This document shows, one piece after another, positions 25,133 to 39,199 of a DNA stretch of 64,000 nucleotides. Under the pieces are notes generated by a model that saw only the letters and a list, made by a program, of their open reading frames with translations, did not search any database and was not told the DNA's origin. Origin of the DNA: Lama guanicoe (Eukaryota); assembly GCA_013239625.1 (NCBI GenBank), contig MU053594.1, positions 1 through 64,000 of the forward strand, written 5' to 3'. The stretch's first letter is position 1. Each line of letters begins with the position of its first letter. The position numbers and the translations under genes were made by a program.

Positions 25133-25802
25133 AGGTCTCATTCATATTCAGGTATGAATAAGGACTAGCACTTAAAGGTTTACTCTGCCTAGCTCCATAT
25201 TTTTTAAAAAGTCATAGTATTAAGCAAAAGGAATAAGAATCTAACGTGCAATTTCAACCATCTGACCTAACTAGGGAGGGTAATATTTGAGGAATGGAGG
25301 CCTATGGTGGACCTTCCCGGTGCTTTGAAACTGAATGAAAATACACAAGATAAGTAAATTCTCTTCTACCTGCTGTGCAAGTTTGCTCTTAAGTCTAATC
25401 TCCACCTCTGGGATCCACAAAAGGATTCCACAAGTTTAGGGCCCCCTGGAGGTTGTAACTGGAACAGCAGGGCACCAGCCAATCAGCATGGAGGCAGCTG
25501 GGCTGCTTCTCCGTCTGCTTGGGCACAGATGTTGGCGTTCTAGGTGGGCTTCCGTGCCTGTGTCTTCCTGGCTCCAGGTTTGTCTCTAGCCAGCTCTTTC
25601 TGTTCCCTCTTTTGGTCTTTATAGGATCATAGCTCACTCCCTCTCCTTCCTTCCTCTTGGGGCCCCACCGACTTGAAGCTCTTCCTTCTTGGTCTCCATC
25701 AGCCCTGCCGTTTCTACATGAGCCCCATGGAAGGTTCTTGATTCAGGAGCTAAGTGAAGCTCCTGGTATTGTGGAAATCCAAAAGCAAAAACAAACCCCC
25801 TA

Positions 25803-26087
<285 letters not shown>

Positions 26088-27350
26088 CTATGCTCTCCCT
26101 GTCCCACTGGGAGAGGCTACAGGGAGTTGACCATCTGGAGATGAAAACTCCAGGACAGGGAACTTTGCCTGCGCTAACAGCCCCAGTGCACTGGGCATCG
26201 CGGGTCAGAGGGGAGAGTTAGGAGCAGAGGAGCTTACTTGGGACAAGGAGCAGAGGACTAGCTTTGACATTTCAATTGCCAATTTACTGTAAATAAGTGT
26301 CCAGAGAAGAAATCTGAATCCCAATCTTCACTACACTGGTTTCCCTGTTCCAAGCACTCTTTGCCGATGTGCCTTATGGTGCCACTGAGACCATCTATAA
26401 CATTCCAAAGGTCATTCAGCAAACATTTATCGAGTACCAACTGTATTCCCAGAAATCTGCTTGGCAGTGTGGGGACTAGATGGAGAACACAGGGGCTGCC
26501 CACAGAGCCCTTAGTCTCCCCTTCCTGTTTTGCCTTCTCTCCAGCCACGAGTGGCTGGGTTGATGCAAAATATTAATAGCGTTTGGGCTCTGGCAGGAGG
26601 CTTCCAAGATAAACAGCAAGGCCACAAGGAGGGAGAACTAACTGGACCCCAAGGTCCTGACCAGCTGTGGAACTTAACCTGCTTGCTTGCTCCTGGGCTC
26701 TGCTGCCATGCTGTGTTTGTCTGTTTGTTGTTGTAAAGGTAGGGCATGGTGGCCGGTCAGTTAAGGCAGGCATCATAGGTTTAGGAAACTTTGATGCAGA
26801 AAAATTTTAATTGGGAAGATTCTAGTATCGGGCTATGTCTTCTTCTCATGTGAATTATGAAAAGATAACCACTGTTTGATTTTACTGGTCCAGCCAGCCT
26901 AGCATCTTTCTTCCCTTAGGGGCAAATCAGAGAGCCAGCCACCGGCAAGGTTTTCATGGGTCACAGTGGTGATCAGGCCGAAGAGCAAAGCCCACTCTGA
27001 ATTTGGAGCAAGGCTACCTACACTTTCTGGTGCTCTTGTGGCTTCTTTGGCCACTAACAGGGAGCAGACAGGCCCACGAAGGGCCACAAAGACCGCAGCT
27101 CTTAGGCTGTATTGGAGGAGAAAAATCTGACCTGAGAAATTTTGCGGGCACCTCGCTATGTACCATACGTCAAGTACATCTAAAATCTTCCTGTCAGGCA
27201 GTTCGACACGCTCTGAAGATCCAAAGTTCCTGTTAATTATCTGGCTACTCTCTCCACTCCCACTATTGAAGAAGAGCAGCCTCTGATTTAAAATTTGCAT
27301 GGCCACCCTTCCTCCCACAAACCTCCCCCGGGGTGGAAGGAGCCTGGCAC

Positions 27351-27501
27351 CTGGTTTAAAAGTAGCATTGTAATGTTTTAGCAGGAAATGGAGGACTTCC
27401 TTAGCCATAGGGTCCTGGTCCAACTTGAAGTACTCCAGATAGGACGTGGGTTCAAAATTCGTCTGATAAACATCAGGCTTCTTGGATTCCTGAAGAGCCA
27501 T
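27351..27501 (-). CDS. NNMT-like methyltransferase paralog, exon 1
   Basis: ATG at 27501; MALQESKKPDVYQTNFEPTSYLEYFKLDQDPMAKEVLHFLLKHYNATFKP(G) carries the Y-x3-F-x-P-x2-YL motif typical of NNMT/INMT/PNMT N-termini; 151 nt; phase-1 donor CAG|GTGCCA (weak). Confidence 0.88.
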
Positions 27502-29769
27502 GGAGGGCAGTGAGCTTTGTCCAGGAGGAAGCAGCAACTGGTCTGATTGCCTGGGCTCTTCCTGGTGGCACTTAGGCTCAGCCCCACCCCCTCCCCTCAG
27601 ACCAAACACTTGGATGAAGACCATGAAGCCAATGAAGGACGTTTCCTGAACTCCCCTCCCTTTGGCCATTCACCTCTGTCAACATTCACCTCCTCCCGTC
27701 CACCTCTCCAGTTCCCTCCTCCAGCGGCAGACACCACCGCAGCTCCCAGGCCTTAGAGTGGCTTTGGCTTCCATGGAAAGGTTTCTAGGCTCTTTTGCTT
27801 CATCTATTGCATCCTATTCTACAGTGGTTTTCCAAACTATTAAGAAGCATACTTAATTTTTAAACTAAATCCCCTGTGAAGCCCCAGTATAGATGACAGA
27901 TAATAGGATGGAGATGCCTTAGTTGGCTTTTTCATCTGTAGAGCTGTCTGAACTACACCCGCCCTCCGCACAACACCCTGGTTGGTGCCCTAGACAACTG
28001 AATGAATGCTGATAATATTTAGTAAAATCAGGAAGACAGAAGAACAGGTTTTGGTTAAGGACTGAGGAGGGTGAGAAGATGAGGAGAGATGGGTTTAGCT
28101 GTGAGCATGCTCAGCTTGAGGCTGAAAAATCTAATCTAACCCGGACACAAGTCTAGAACTCACAGGGAGATCTGAGCTGGAGCTGCAGACTTTGTGGGAT
28201 GTGTGTGCCAAGCTGTTCTATAACTGAACTGAATTTCTTCTTCAAGCCCCATTCAGATTGTTGATGGACATTAAATCTCAACCTTTTAGTCTTCCTTCAG
28301 CAGGGGTGGGAGTGGGGAGCTGACTTGGTGCCAGGCACGGGGGCTGGCACTTATTTGGCACCTACAGACGTTACATTGTATAATCTGGTCCCTGATCACT
28401 GATTAACAAGAATTTAACATCCCCTTTACCCAACCTCCATGCCTGTATCCCTCTCTCTCTGTCCCATTTCCATTCCTCACTCAGCAGCAAGGGAAACCCC
28501 TCCCCAGTTCCTCAGGATGCCCTGGGCTGAGAAACCACTGTGGGAACATTTCTTCTTCTCCCACACTGTGTTGAGAATAAGGACAATCCAGGGTCTCAAC
28601 GCTTTCTAGCCCAAAAAGGGCACAGTTTCCTATGTTCCCATTTTCCTAAATAAGTAAGGACAGAGGAGAAATTAAAATGTAATTAACAATACAAATTTGG
28701 TGTTTTATATACTGAACTCTGATTCTAAAAACAGAAGGTAAGCCTTTTTTAAAAAAGTCATTCATTAGAATATTCAAAAATTGACAGTATATAAAACCAC
28801 AGAGAAATTACAAAAGCTCCCAGAAGAAGAAGTAATATATAATAATATACTCTGATCATAATGCAATAAAATAAGTATTAATTATAACACCAGAAAACAA
28901 GAGACTCTACCACATAGAAATTTCTTTCGTTTTCTGTTAAACACTTTTGGATCAATGAGAAAACCAAAACAAAAATAAAAAACTATATAGAAAAAAATTC
29001 TACAGATAAGAATCTGTAAAACACAGATAAAGCAGAGGAAGAGTGATGATCTTAAATGCTTATATTAATAAATAGAAAAATAATGAATTAGGTTTCAAAT
29101 CGAGACGTTAAAAAAAGAATTAATACATTTAAAGAAAGCATAAGGATGAAATTGATGAACTAAAAGCTGACATTAAAAAAAAGAATGAAGCAATAAGCAC
29201 AGAAGGCAGATAGCAGTGACGGAGTGAGCTGGATGAGGGAGATGAAGAAATGCAGGCAGAGGATGTAAACGTCACTTCAAAAGCGTTTCTGCGAAGGGGA
29301 GGAAAGACATCAGGCAGCAGCTGGAGGTGGATGAGACTTAGAGATAGAAACACTAAATATTTTGACAGTAGAGGGAAAAAGTCAAGGATGGGTGCCAATA
29401 CAAGTCAGATTGACGGGAACGAGCAAGAAACTGAGAGTTCACAGCTGGAAATTGTGTTTTTCCTGAAAATAACGAGTACAGAGAGGTGCAGATGTTTGAG
29501 ATTTGAGGTGAGAACCAACAGCCAAGGGAGGGCAAAGACCAGGGAAATACAGAATTATTAGAATATTTTCAAAGGCCGGGATAACTTGGTAGGTAGTTCA
29601 TTCTTACCAGAAATGTGGTTTTCTCCAGCGTGCTTGGAAGTCTTGGTGCAGGAGAAGTGAAGATGCCAGACTGATGTAATGTCGGGATTTTCCTAAGCAG
29701 GTGAAACAGAAGGTAGATGGGCAAGGAAGGTAGAAGAGAAAGTCGTCTATTCATTTATTCAAAATGCAT

Positions 29770-30000
29770 TCATTGAGCGCCAGATAATAGGGAAATGTTT
29801 AAGAGCATAGGTCTGCAGCTGAACTGCTTCGATGCAAAATCTAGCACCACCATTTGTAAGTTATATCCTTGGACAGGCTATTTAATCTTTTTTCCTTTTG
29901 TGCCTCTGTTTTTTATCTGGAACTCATGAGGATAGTAACTTACCTCACCGAGCTGTTGAGAAGATTAAATGAGTTACTTCAAAGAACTTAGAACAGAAAT
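29770..30000 (+). mobile_element. MIR SINE
   Basis: ccttggacaggctatttaatct...gcctctgttttttatctg...gttgagaagattaaatgagtta. Confidence 0.7.
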
Positions 30001-30361
30001 TTCACTTGTGACCCTGATGGAGTGATAAACAGCGGAGTTGCCTTTTACTATAAACAGCTACAAAACTGGACGAAATGTATGAGGCAGCTGCTCTCAGGCA
30101 CTGGGCAACAGGCAGTGCGCAGCTGCAATCCCCGAGGGAAGGCAAACACATAAAGTGAGCCCACGGCTCACCAGCTGTCTGCCTGGGGACAGTTTTCTGA
30201 TTGCAGGACAGCAAGGTGAGACCCAAGAAGAGTCCAGCAGTCCTGCTGAGCTGAGGAAGCAAAGACCAGAGTTTGGAGCTGCTGGAGCAGATGGAACTTG
30301 TGGAACTTGTGCCAAGAAGGAGGGAGTCACATAGAGGGGTCCCCAACAGTCTACGTGGGCA

Positions 30362-30811
30362 TGTATTCATTTGCTAGGACTGCCGTAACAAAGGTCACAA
30401 ACTGGGTGGCTTAAACAACAGAAATGTATTCTCTCATAATTCTGGAGGCTGGAAGTCTAAAATCCAGGTGTCAGCAAGGTTGGGTTCTTCTGAGGGCTGT
30501 GAGGGAGGGTCTGTTCCATGCCTGCCCCCTGGTGTCTGGTGGTTTGCTGTCAATCTTTGACGTTCATTGGCTTGAGGATGTATCACCTTGATCTTCTCCC
30601 ACATGGCTTTCTCTCTGTGCAAGTTTCTGTGTCCAGTATCCTGTTTTATAAGGACACCCATTATATTGGATTAGAACCCACTCTAATGACCTCATTTTAA
30701 ATTTAATTACCTTTATAAAGACCCTATTTCCAAATCAAGATTACATTATGAGATATTAGGGATTAAGACTTCAATGTATCTTTTGGGATAAATACAATTT
30801 AACCCATCACA
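30362..30811 (-). mobile_element. MLT1 (MaLR) solo LTR
   Basis: gctaggactgccgtaacaaa...ggcttaaacaacagaaatgtattctctca...ttctggaggctggaagtc...aacccatcaca is typical of MLT1B/C. Confidence 0.88.
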
Positions 30812-31780
30812 CAGGTTCCCTGTCAGGTGTTGGTCAAGAACGGGGCTGCACACGTACAGGCTGAGACTGTGTGAGAACCTGACTGCTACGGAGTTGAGAG
30901 CAGAATGAAATGATCAGAGGTCATGCAGTGCTGGGAGTCATTGTTCCAGCCGGAGTGGGGAGATCTTCTTGTCAGAGGACCAGCTGGGGCACCAGAAAGC
31001 TATGCTTTGGGAAGAAGGATCATATTCTGGAATAAAGCCAGCTTCAGACTCACCCTAACAAAGCCTAAAACCTAGACTTGACGGGGGCACAGAAAGTCTC
31101 TGGCAAATGAATCACCTGCCCAAACAAAGCACAACACTCTTCAAGGGAAAACAACACAATCCAGACTCCTTCGGCTAGATCACCCACATAGTGAAAAAAT
31201 CACTAGCTAGGCCAAAAAAGGGGGAATATGTTACCCATAAAAATAAAAGCTATCAATGAAAACAAGCTCTGAGATGATCTAGATGTTGAAATTAGCAGAT
31301 CAGGACTTTAAAGCAGTAATAATAGATGCGTTCAAAGAGTTAAAGGAAAATATAGTCTTGATGAGAAGCAAATAGGAAATCACAACAGAGAAAACTTTTT
31401 AAAAGAGAAATTCTAGACTGAAAATACAATGTCTAAAGTGAAGAATTCACTGGATGGTTTTGACAGCAGATTAGAAAATGGCAGAAGTGGGAGTCTGTGA
31501 ACTTGAAGACAGAGCTATAAAAATTACCCAATCTGAAGACAAGAGAGAAAAGAGGTTGAAACAAAAATGAACAGGATCTCAGTAACCTATGGGACAATAT
31601 AAAACTGTCTAACATTTCTGTAACTAGAAGCCCTGAAGGAAAACAGGGAGAGAATGGGGTAGGAAAAGATATATAAAGAAAAATGGTCAAAGTTTCCTGA
31701 ATTTGATGAAATACATCAACCTAGAGATCCAAAAAAATCACCTAACCCTCAAATAAAGAAATTCACACCTAGAAAATAAA

Positions 31781-31864
31781 GTATGTAGCTCAGTGGTAGA
31801 GCGTGTGCTTAGTATGCACAAGACCCTGCATTCAAACCCCAGTCTTCCATTAAAAAAAAAAAAA
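31781..31864 (+). mobile_element. Short tRNA-derived SINE (Vic-1 type)
   Basis: tagctcagtggtagagcgtgtgcttagtatgcac...ttcaaaccccag...ccatt(a)n; same family as the copy at 6074. Confidence 0.8.
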
Positions 31865-33569
31865 GCCACAGCTAGGCACATCAAAGTTAGACTTCTGAAA
31901 ATTGTGAAATCAAAAAAAATGACATATTACATTCTGGAGAACAATGACACAAGAATGGCTGCATTCCCATCAGAAACAGTGGAGACCAGGGGATACAGGA
32001 TGATGTCCTTAAAACTCTGTACAAGCAGATAAAAGAATTCTATATCCCTTCAAAAATGAGAGTGAAATAAAGCTGAGAGAATTTGTCACCAGTAAATCTG
32101 CACTATAAAAAAGACTAAAGGAAGCTTTTCAGGCTAAAGGAAAATGGTTCCTGCTAGAAACTCAGATCCAAGGGAAGGAACAAGCGGCCTTAGAAATGGC
32201 AAACTCTAGTCTCCTTTACCTCAGTTTGCTTTCTGCTTCCTCCAGACCCTCAGTCACTTTTTCTCCCTCTGCAGCCTTAAATACATCCCATTAGGAGATT
32301 TTTGTGTGCTGATCTCCCAGAGATCCAAGAGGGTCAGAGGAATAATGGAAGACGTGGACCCAGCTACACCAGGACGACTGACATAGCTTACTTGTCTGCT
32401 CAGCAACTAATTTGGGAAGGTTCCCCTGGTCCTACTGCAGAGAGAAAAATTCAGAGAGGTGAACCAGGCAGGATTTGAGGTTATGATAAAGACTATTACG
32501 GAAGAGAGGAGAGGTTTTTTTTTTTTTTAATGACATCTGACATATGATGAGCTCCTCAAATGAGACTCCCTGGGGCAGCCCTGGACAGATGAGAACTGGC
32601 TGAAGCCAGCCCAGAGCAGATGTCCGCAGGTGGGCGTTCAAGAAAAAACCCACTGGGCTTCAAGAAGCAACTATTAGAACTTTTACTTCTACTTACTTGT
32701 TAAATCCTTTAAAAAAAAGTCTTTTTCTACTTTAGTATGTTTTATACTTAATACGGTAGTGCAGTAGTATGTGTACATAATATATAAACAAATGAACAAA
32801 TATTGGGGTATAGGGTCAAAATTTAAGTGAAAATGGTTTTCACTTCATTTTTTAATGAAAAAAGGGTGGAAAATGACTGACCCCAGAGGAACTGTAAATG
32901 CTGACACAGACTGCTTTACAGATTTCATCTTAGGACTCACACCGTTGGTGTAGCCCACAAGGTTTCTGAGCCAGGTCGGCAAATTAGCATCCAGGAAGGG
33001 GTCTGAAAATACATAGTCCCGGGTACCATGCCCACAGGGGCTCATTCGGAAGGTCTGGGATAGGTGACCAGATATTTGAGTGTATTTTTAAAGAAGCAGA
33101 ACAAGAATCCATGAGTTTCAGAGCACAGCTGGCATGGGAACCGCAGTAAGAACAGAGTATGGGAACCGACCTTCTCCTAACACGCTTCAGGGGCTGCAAG
33201 ATGAAGGAATTTTGCGAAGAACTGGGAGAGCTGGGCAGATGGTCTGTCCAGCTGGGAGACACTGGGTAAGGGACTAAAACAAGAGATACAATTATCTGAT
33301 CTGAGGGTTTCTTTCAGCTGTCACATCAGGGACCCTGTAAGAGGGCACAAGGAGATCGTTGCTTTCATAGATCTGGAGGGCTGTCATAGCACCATCCTGT
33401 GGACTGGAGGAGGGTTGACCAGATGACTCTACTCCACAAGCTCTCTTCAGACCCTTTGCTCCTCTTCACCCTTACTACCTTGCCCCATTTTGGGCTCTCA
33501 TCATCCCTTAGCTGAGAAGTTAATAATAACACCCCTTTCTTCAACAAGTCAGCAGCATAGGGGGTTGGA

Positions 33570-34010
33570 GATTTAAGATCAATAACAGATGCAATGCGTG
33601 GACCTAGTTTGGCTCCTAATACGAACAGATCCACGTTAAAAAAGTTATTTTCGAGGAAATCAGGAAAATCTGCATGTGGACTGAGTGATGATCCTAAGGA
33701 ATCATCTCTAATTCTTGAAGGTGTATGAATGACGTCAAAGTTATATATATATAAGAGAACTTCATTTTTAGAGAACACATACCTTGAAGGATGTAGTGGG
33801 GCGAGGGGAAGGATATGATGCCTGGAATTGTGTATAAAATACGTCGACAGAAACAACGAAGAGGAAAGAGAAAGGGAAGAAAAAGAAGGAAGGAAAGAAA
33901 GAAGATTGGACGGAGCGAGTGTGGCGAAATCTTGCTAATGTTGAATCTCGGTGACGGCCTCCTCATACTTTTGGGTGTCTTTGACATTTTTCACTTAAAG
34001 AAAATTTTCA
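33570..34010 (+). mobile_element. Old L1M 3' end remnant
   Basis: aatgcgtggacctagtttggctcct...cttcattttagagaacacatac...gttgaatctcggtgacgg. Confidence 0.55.
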
Positions 34011-35477
34011 GCAAAGAACTGAAACAGTGTCTGGCATGCAGTGTTATGTAAGTATTGGCGTTTGTCGTCATAAAAGCTGTGGTCTTAACACAGTTGACAC
34101 AGTTCTTAACGCCAACAATATGGCGGCAAACATGGCCAACAGGATCCTGGTTCTCACACAGCCCACACGCAGCGGGAGTGGGGCCTGGACCACAACAAAT
34201 AGACAAAGGAGATAACGTCAGATGGTGGCAAATGCTTTGAAGAAACAAACTTTAGATGGGACGGTCAGAGAAGACCCCACCCCCTAAGGGGTAATATTTG
34301 AGCTGAGACCTGAATTACGCATGAAGGAGGTAGCAAGGCAAAGATTTAGGCAGAGGGAGCAGCACGTACATAAACCTGTTCTGTCCGGGGAAGATGGAAG
34401 GCAGTGAGGCTGGGTCCAGTGGGAGAGGAAAGTGGAAGAAGATGGGTCAGAGGAGTAGACAGTGGCCAGAAAGGAGAGAGGCATGGCTGGCTAGAAAGAC
34501 AGAGTCCCCTGGCAGGCAGGAAGAATACAATTAGGAAAACCCTTGCCTGCAGTAACTCAAGAGACAGACCGAGTATATACAGAACCTGTAGCTCTAAAAG
34601 AAACTTTGGGGAAAGGACCCAAATATCAGTGTATGCTGATTGTTCTCCAGTCTTTATAGTGTGGTAGTATTATCGAGATGAGTTCTCGGAAAAAATGACA
34701 AATTTCCAAGAAGAAATTAAAGGAAATAGGGTGCCTCCAGATATTTGCGTTTTGGGGGATGTAGGTAAGCGGACTGTTTCTATGTCTTATGAAATGACAG
34801 GAAATAAGACAGGAAAAGGCTTCAGGCGATACAAGCTTATTATCAAAAACTTTCTTACAGAGGGATTCAGTTCCATGGCAAACATCAAACTAAGAGCGTT
34901 ATGACTCCACCCACGCCAGCCCTTTCAGATGGCCCCAAGGCAGCCACAAGGAAGTTGACAAGGAGGCTCTGGATTCGAGGAAGAAAAAAAAATGACGAAT
35001 AACCATAATAACACAAACAATGATACAAGCAGTTTTGACAACTAGGAGGAGGAAAGACCTTTATGGGTGTGGTGAGCAGCACAAGGAATGGATTGGAGGC
35101 AAAGGGGTCGAAAGGTTATTTTTGAAGAAATTGAATTACCAACTCCTCCCCACAACCCTGGCCTAATAAAAGCCTTGAAAGGTTGGAGCTTAAAATCACA
35201 CTCCGTCCCCAGAGCCATACAGGTCAGAATCAGGCTGGTGGTGGAAGCTGTGCCATCCTGAGGGAGGCCCGACTCCCAGGACCCCCTCCGGATGGGCCAG
35301 GGCAGGTGACAGTTCAGGAATGATTTCCCAGAGGCTGGAGCCAGGGTTCAGGCAACAACAGACTAGGGGATTCCTCCCAGACCGGAGATTCAGAGCTTTC
35401 CCCATGACCAGGGCACAGGGTCTTCACAAGCACCTGTGCGCAAGGACCCCACCATCGCCGAGGACTATGGACTCATG

Positions 35478-35902
35478 TGTAGTGGGTTGGATGGTGTCTC
35501 CCCAGAATCTACATCCACTGTAACCTCAGAATGTGACCTTACTTGGAAATGGGGGTCTTTGCAGATATGTTTAAGGTAAGGATTGAGATGCGAGAACCTT
35601 AAATCCAATGATGATGATCCAACGAGAGTGTCCTTACAAGAGACAGAGACAACACACAGAGACACACAGGGAAGACAGCTATGTAATGACAGAGGCGGAG
35701 ACGTGGCCACAGCCAGGAAATGCCAACAGTCCCAGAAGCTAAAAGAAACAAGAAAAAAATTCTCTTCTAGAGTCTTCAGAGGGAACGTGGCCCTACCGAT
35801 GCCTAGGTTTTGGATTTCTGGCTTCCACAACTGTGAGAACATGTTTCTGTTGGTGTAAGCCAGCAACGTGTGGTAACTTACACAGCCCTGGGAAACCAAT
35901 GC
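35478..35902 (+). mobile_element. MLT1 (MaLR) solo LTR
   Basis: tgtagtgggttggatggtgtctcccca...cctcagaatgtgaccttacttggaaatggggg tctttgcagat...cagccctgggaaacca. Confidence 0.85.
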
Positions 35903-36325
35903 TGGGGACACTGCCTCTTTCAAACCTCTTCCCAACAGCAGTACCAGTGACTCCTCCTCACGTGATGGTTAGAAGTCAGTCACCTGGCCACACCTAACTG
36001 CAAGGAAAATAGAGCCTGAATTTATACCAAGAAAGAGAAGAAAACCAATTACTGCAGAAAGCGGTGTTGCTGAATGTTTCCACACTGCATAGCCTGGGCT
36101 CTTGTCATTTATTTTAGCCATATATTCACGGACGGAGTGGGGTACAGATAACAGAGCTTTTAATTCACAGGGCTGATGGCGAGGACCACACATCACTCAG
36201 AGATCCCGAAGTTTGAAACAGATACAATGACAGGATGGAGTTTTGGGTTCTTTGTCCTTGGGAGTGAATGTGTCCCATGTGTGGGGAGAAGAGTGGAAGC
36301 AGATATTTGGGGATGGAAGGACAGA

Positions 36326-36716
36326 TTGTGGCAGAAACTGCTAGCTCTTTACCGAAACTCCATCTCTCCTTCCTCTGAACATAGCTGGATGACATGTTCC
36401 TGTCCCCTTTGCACTTTGATGTGACCACGTGGTTGAGCACAGTCCAATGGAGTGAAAGCAGGAAGCACACATGATTACTGGGCCAAGGCTTTCAAAAAGC
36501 TGGCAAGCTCCTTGCAAACCCTGTCTTCCCTTCTGTGTAGATGAAGGCGCTGACAAGGCCTTCAGAGATGGCAGAACCCAGGCTTTAGAGAAGAGCCACT
36601 GCTGACCACAAACATCCCCCTTGGACAGCCGAAGGAGTGAGACACAAACTTCAATTATATTTGAGGCATTGCATATTTCGGATCTGTTTGTTATAGCAAC
36701 TAACATTATCCTATAC
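36326..36716 (+). mobile_element. Old MLT1 (J/K-like) LTR
   Basis: tgtggcaga...ggatctgtttgttatagcaac...cctataca. Confidence 0.6.
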
Positions 36717-36789
36717 ACTCAGTGGAAAAGACAGGCATGGATATGCATGAACAGGGCTTCTGATAAGGGCATGCTAAGTCTGAGATGGA

Positions 36790-37520
36790 TGCCTGACTGA
36801 CATTGACATGTATGTGTCAGTTCAGCAGTTGAGTCTGAAACTCACTGGAAAACTTGAGATGAGAGAGAAAAGTTGGGGAGGCATTAGCACGTACTAAAAG
36901 TGGCAGAAGTAGACACCACAGAGGGAAGAGGGTAAATAAGGTAAGAGGGTCAGGGAAGCCTTCAGGATAGTCTATTATAATAGCCAAAGCGCCAGCAGAG
37001 GAAGATGAAGAAGGTAGCCAGCGAGACTGAGAAGCGGCAGCCGGTGGGGAAGGGGGCAGAACCAGGAGAGTGATTCCCAAAGAAGCCAGGGACGTGGAAA
37101 GCTGCTGAGAGATCGGGAAAGGGGAAGACAGCAAAGCAGCCCTCGTGCTTTGGAAGATGGAGCCACTGATGACCTTGGCAAGACAATTTCAATGGAGTAA
37201 AAGAGGAAAAACCACAGATCAGAAAAGGTTGTAAGAAAAATGAAGGACGACACTGTGTATCGACAGCTCTCTCAAGAATTTTGCTGTTTAAAGGAGGAGG
37301 ATTTGGGTGGTAACTAAAGGGGGACGTGGGGCCAGGGAAAGGTCTGTTAAAATGGGAGGTGTTTGCATGCTGATGGGAATAATCTGGTTGAAAGGAAGAA
37401 ATGGACGCAGCACAGAGAAGAGAAAAGTGCAGGAGCAAAGGGTTTGGAAAGAGAGAGAGAGTGAGACCCAGAGCCCAGGAGGAGGAGCTGACCTTTGACA
37501 GGAGGGCAGACATGGAATCC
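36790..37520 (+). mobile_element. L2 remnant
   Basis: gagtgattcccaaagaagcca..., ctgatgaccttggcaagacaatttcaatggagt, gacagctctctcaagaattttgctgt. Confidence 0.65.
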
Positions 37521-37581
37521 ATTGGACATGTCACTCTGGGTCTCCGACTTTGGGGCTTCTTGGTCCTAAGCATTAAAGACA

Positions 37582-37595
37582 GCGCCATCTCCTGA
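37582..37595 (-). promoter_or_regulatory. CTCF-like motif
   Basis: Minus strand TCAGGAGATGGCGC, 12/14 match to the core consensus. Confidence 0.45.
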
Positions 37596-39003
37596 AGGCA
37601 GGCAGGCAGGCAGGCAGAGGGCTGGGCTAATGTCATGTTGTTCTTGAGACTTCAGAGGGGATCTAAATTAAATATTCCAGCCCGGTCTCCGCTGTGCTCT
37701 GGGGAATTAAGGGAAAGGTCAAGTGCCCGTGCTTGGGTAACCAGTGTTAAGGAGGACTCCAAATGGCAGGGGATTTCTGAGAATCAGGTGACTACCAGTC
37801 AACCCAAACTTGTGTGGTCCAATCCGCACCCCCACCCCTGCTCCTACCATTTTGTAACTGCCTCCTTTCCCAAGTGGGAATTAATTAGGAAAAGCCTTTT
37901 CCTTCCTCTGCCCATCAGACCAACCATCAAGCATGCACTTTCCCCATCTCACCACCTGGTGTCACTAGAAGCTCACCCTAAGCTGAGGACCCCTCTGATT
38001 CAGGTGGAGGGAGAAACTCAAACTGAAATGCTTTTAAACCAACTGCCAACAGGTGATATGGAGCCAGAGGTATCCTTGGCACTGAGGCTCTTTACAGTTG
38101 GCAAGAGTCATAGAGTCTTAGAAGTTCAGTATTGAGAAGGGTCTTCCAAACCATTTAGGTGCATCCGTTTGAGATGGCGGGAGGTACCAAGAGACAAGGA
38201 GAGAGGCAAAAAGACCCAGCCTAAGATCACTACCAATCAAATAACCTGAAGATGCAAATGTCTAAGGGACTGGAGAGTCCACTGCCGCCCAGAGAATCCG
38301 GGTGTTAACCAGCCAGAGTGGGGCTGTGGAGACTTTGGGGACAGGTACTGGCTCACCGCTGTATCAGAAGGGCGGGCCTATGTAGGGGCAGGAGCTGCCT
38401 TCAACAGCCTTCCCTTACGGCTTTTCTAGGCCTTCTGAAGGTTCTCAGGGAGTAGGAATTGGTCCCGTTGTCCCTGCCCCCTGCTGCCATCTCTCAGGCC
38501 CTCAGGGAGCCACAGCCGGGGTGCTCTGAGTCCCCTGTGCAGCCCTCCTGGGACCTGCGTGCTTCTCTCGTGGCAGCAAAGCTTTTGAGGATCTGGATTC
38601 CCTCCGAGGCAGATCTTGCCTCAATGAAAGATGAGGCCCCATGGGTCCCCGGGGTTTGGGCTGGCTGCCAGAGCTTCCAGTCCAGACTTTTGGGATGAGA
38701 GGAGCTGGATTTGACAAGGCCAGCTGGTCAGTGGGGAGAAAAGTGGGGAGAAAAGTGTCAGGTAGAAATACTGACTCAGGAAAATGTCTGGAAGGTCAAA
38801 CTGAACTTTCTCCCAAGTAGTTTAAGGCATTTCTCTCCTGCCATATTCTCCCCTTATGCAGAATCTGGACCACATTCCCCCCTTGCACAACCCAATCCGG
38901 TAAAGAAGGGGCCCCAAAGGGTCCAAAGCCCCTTCCAAGGGGGTGTGCTTTCCCAGTCACTTTCCGGACCTACCTGAGCAGTAGATGCACCTGCAGCCAG
39001 CGT

Positions 39004-39017
39004 CCACTAGGTGGAGA
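39004..39017 (+). promoter_or_regulatory. CTCF-like motif
   Basis: CCACTAGGTGGAGA, close to CCACTAGRTGGCR. Confidence 0.4.
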
Positions 39018-39199
39018 CAGAGTCCCAGTGATGCCAGCAGGGGACCCGAGGCTCCTGGGTCCTGCCTTTGAGGGCTGCAGCCCTGGAAATGAATGTCTAG
39101 GCCACCAGCCCCACTCCCAGGCCAGCCTCAAGCCTGCCCCTTCACACCACACCACCCCACCAATTCATAACTTTCATTTTTATAGCACCGTGGCGTTTA

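Larger units (their letters stand above)
30002..32200 (+). mobile_element. Ancient L1M 5' region/ORF1 remnant carrying inserted MLT1 and SINE
   Basis: Degenerate ORF1-type sequence (agatgttgaaattagcagat, gaacttgaagacaga, tcagtaacctatgggacaatat, atacatcaacctagagatccaa). Confidence 0.7.

Noticed and set aside
36962..37636. 224-aa minus-strand ORF
   Set aside because: Lies in an L2 remnant; low-complexity S/P/F/L composition and no domain.
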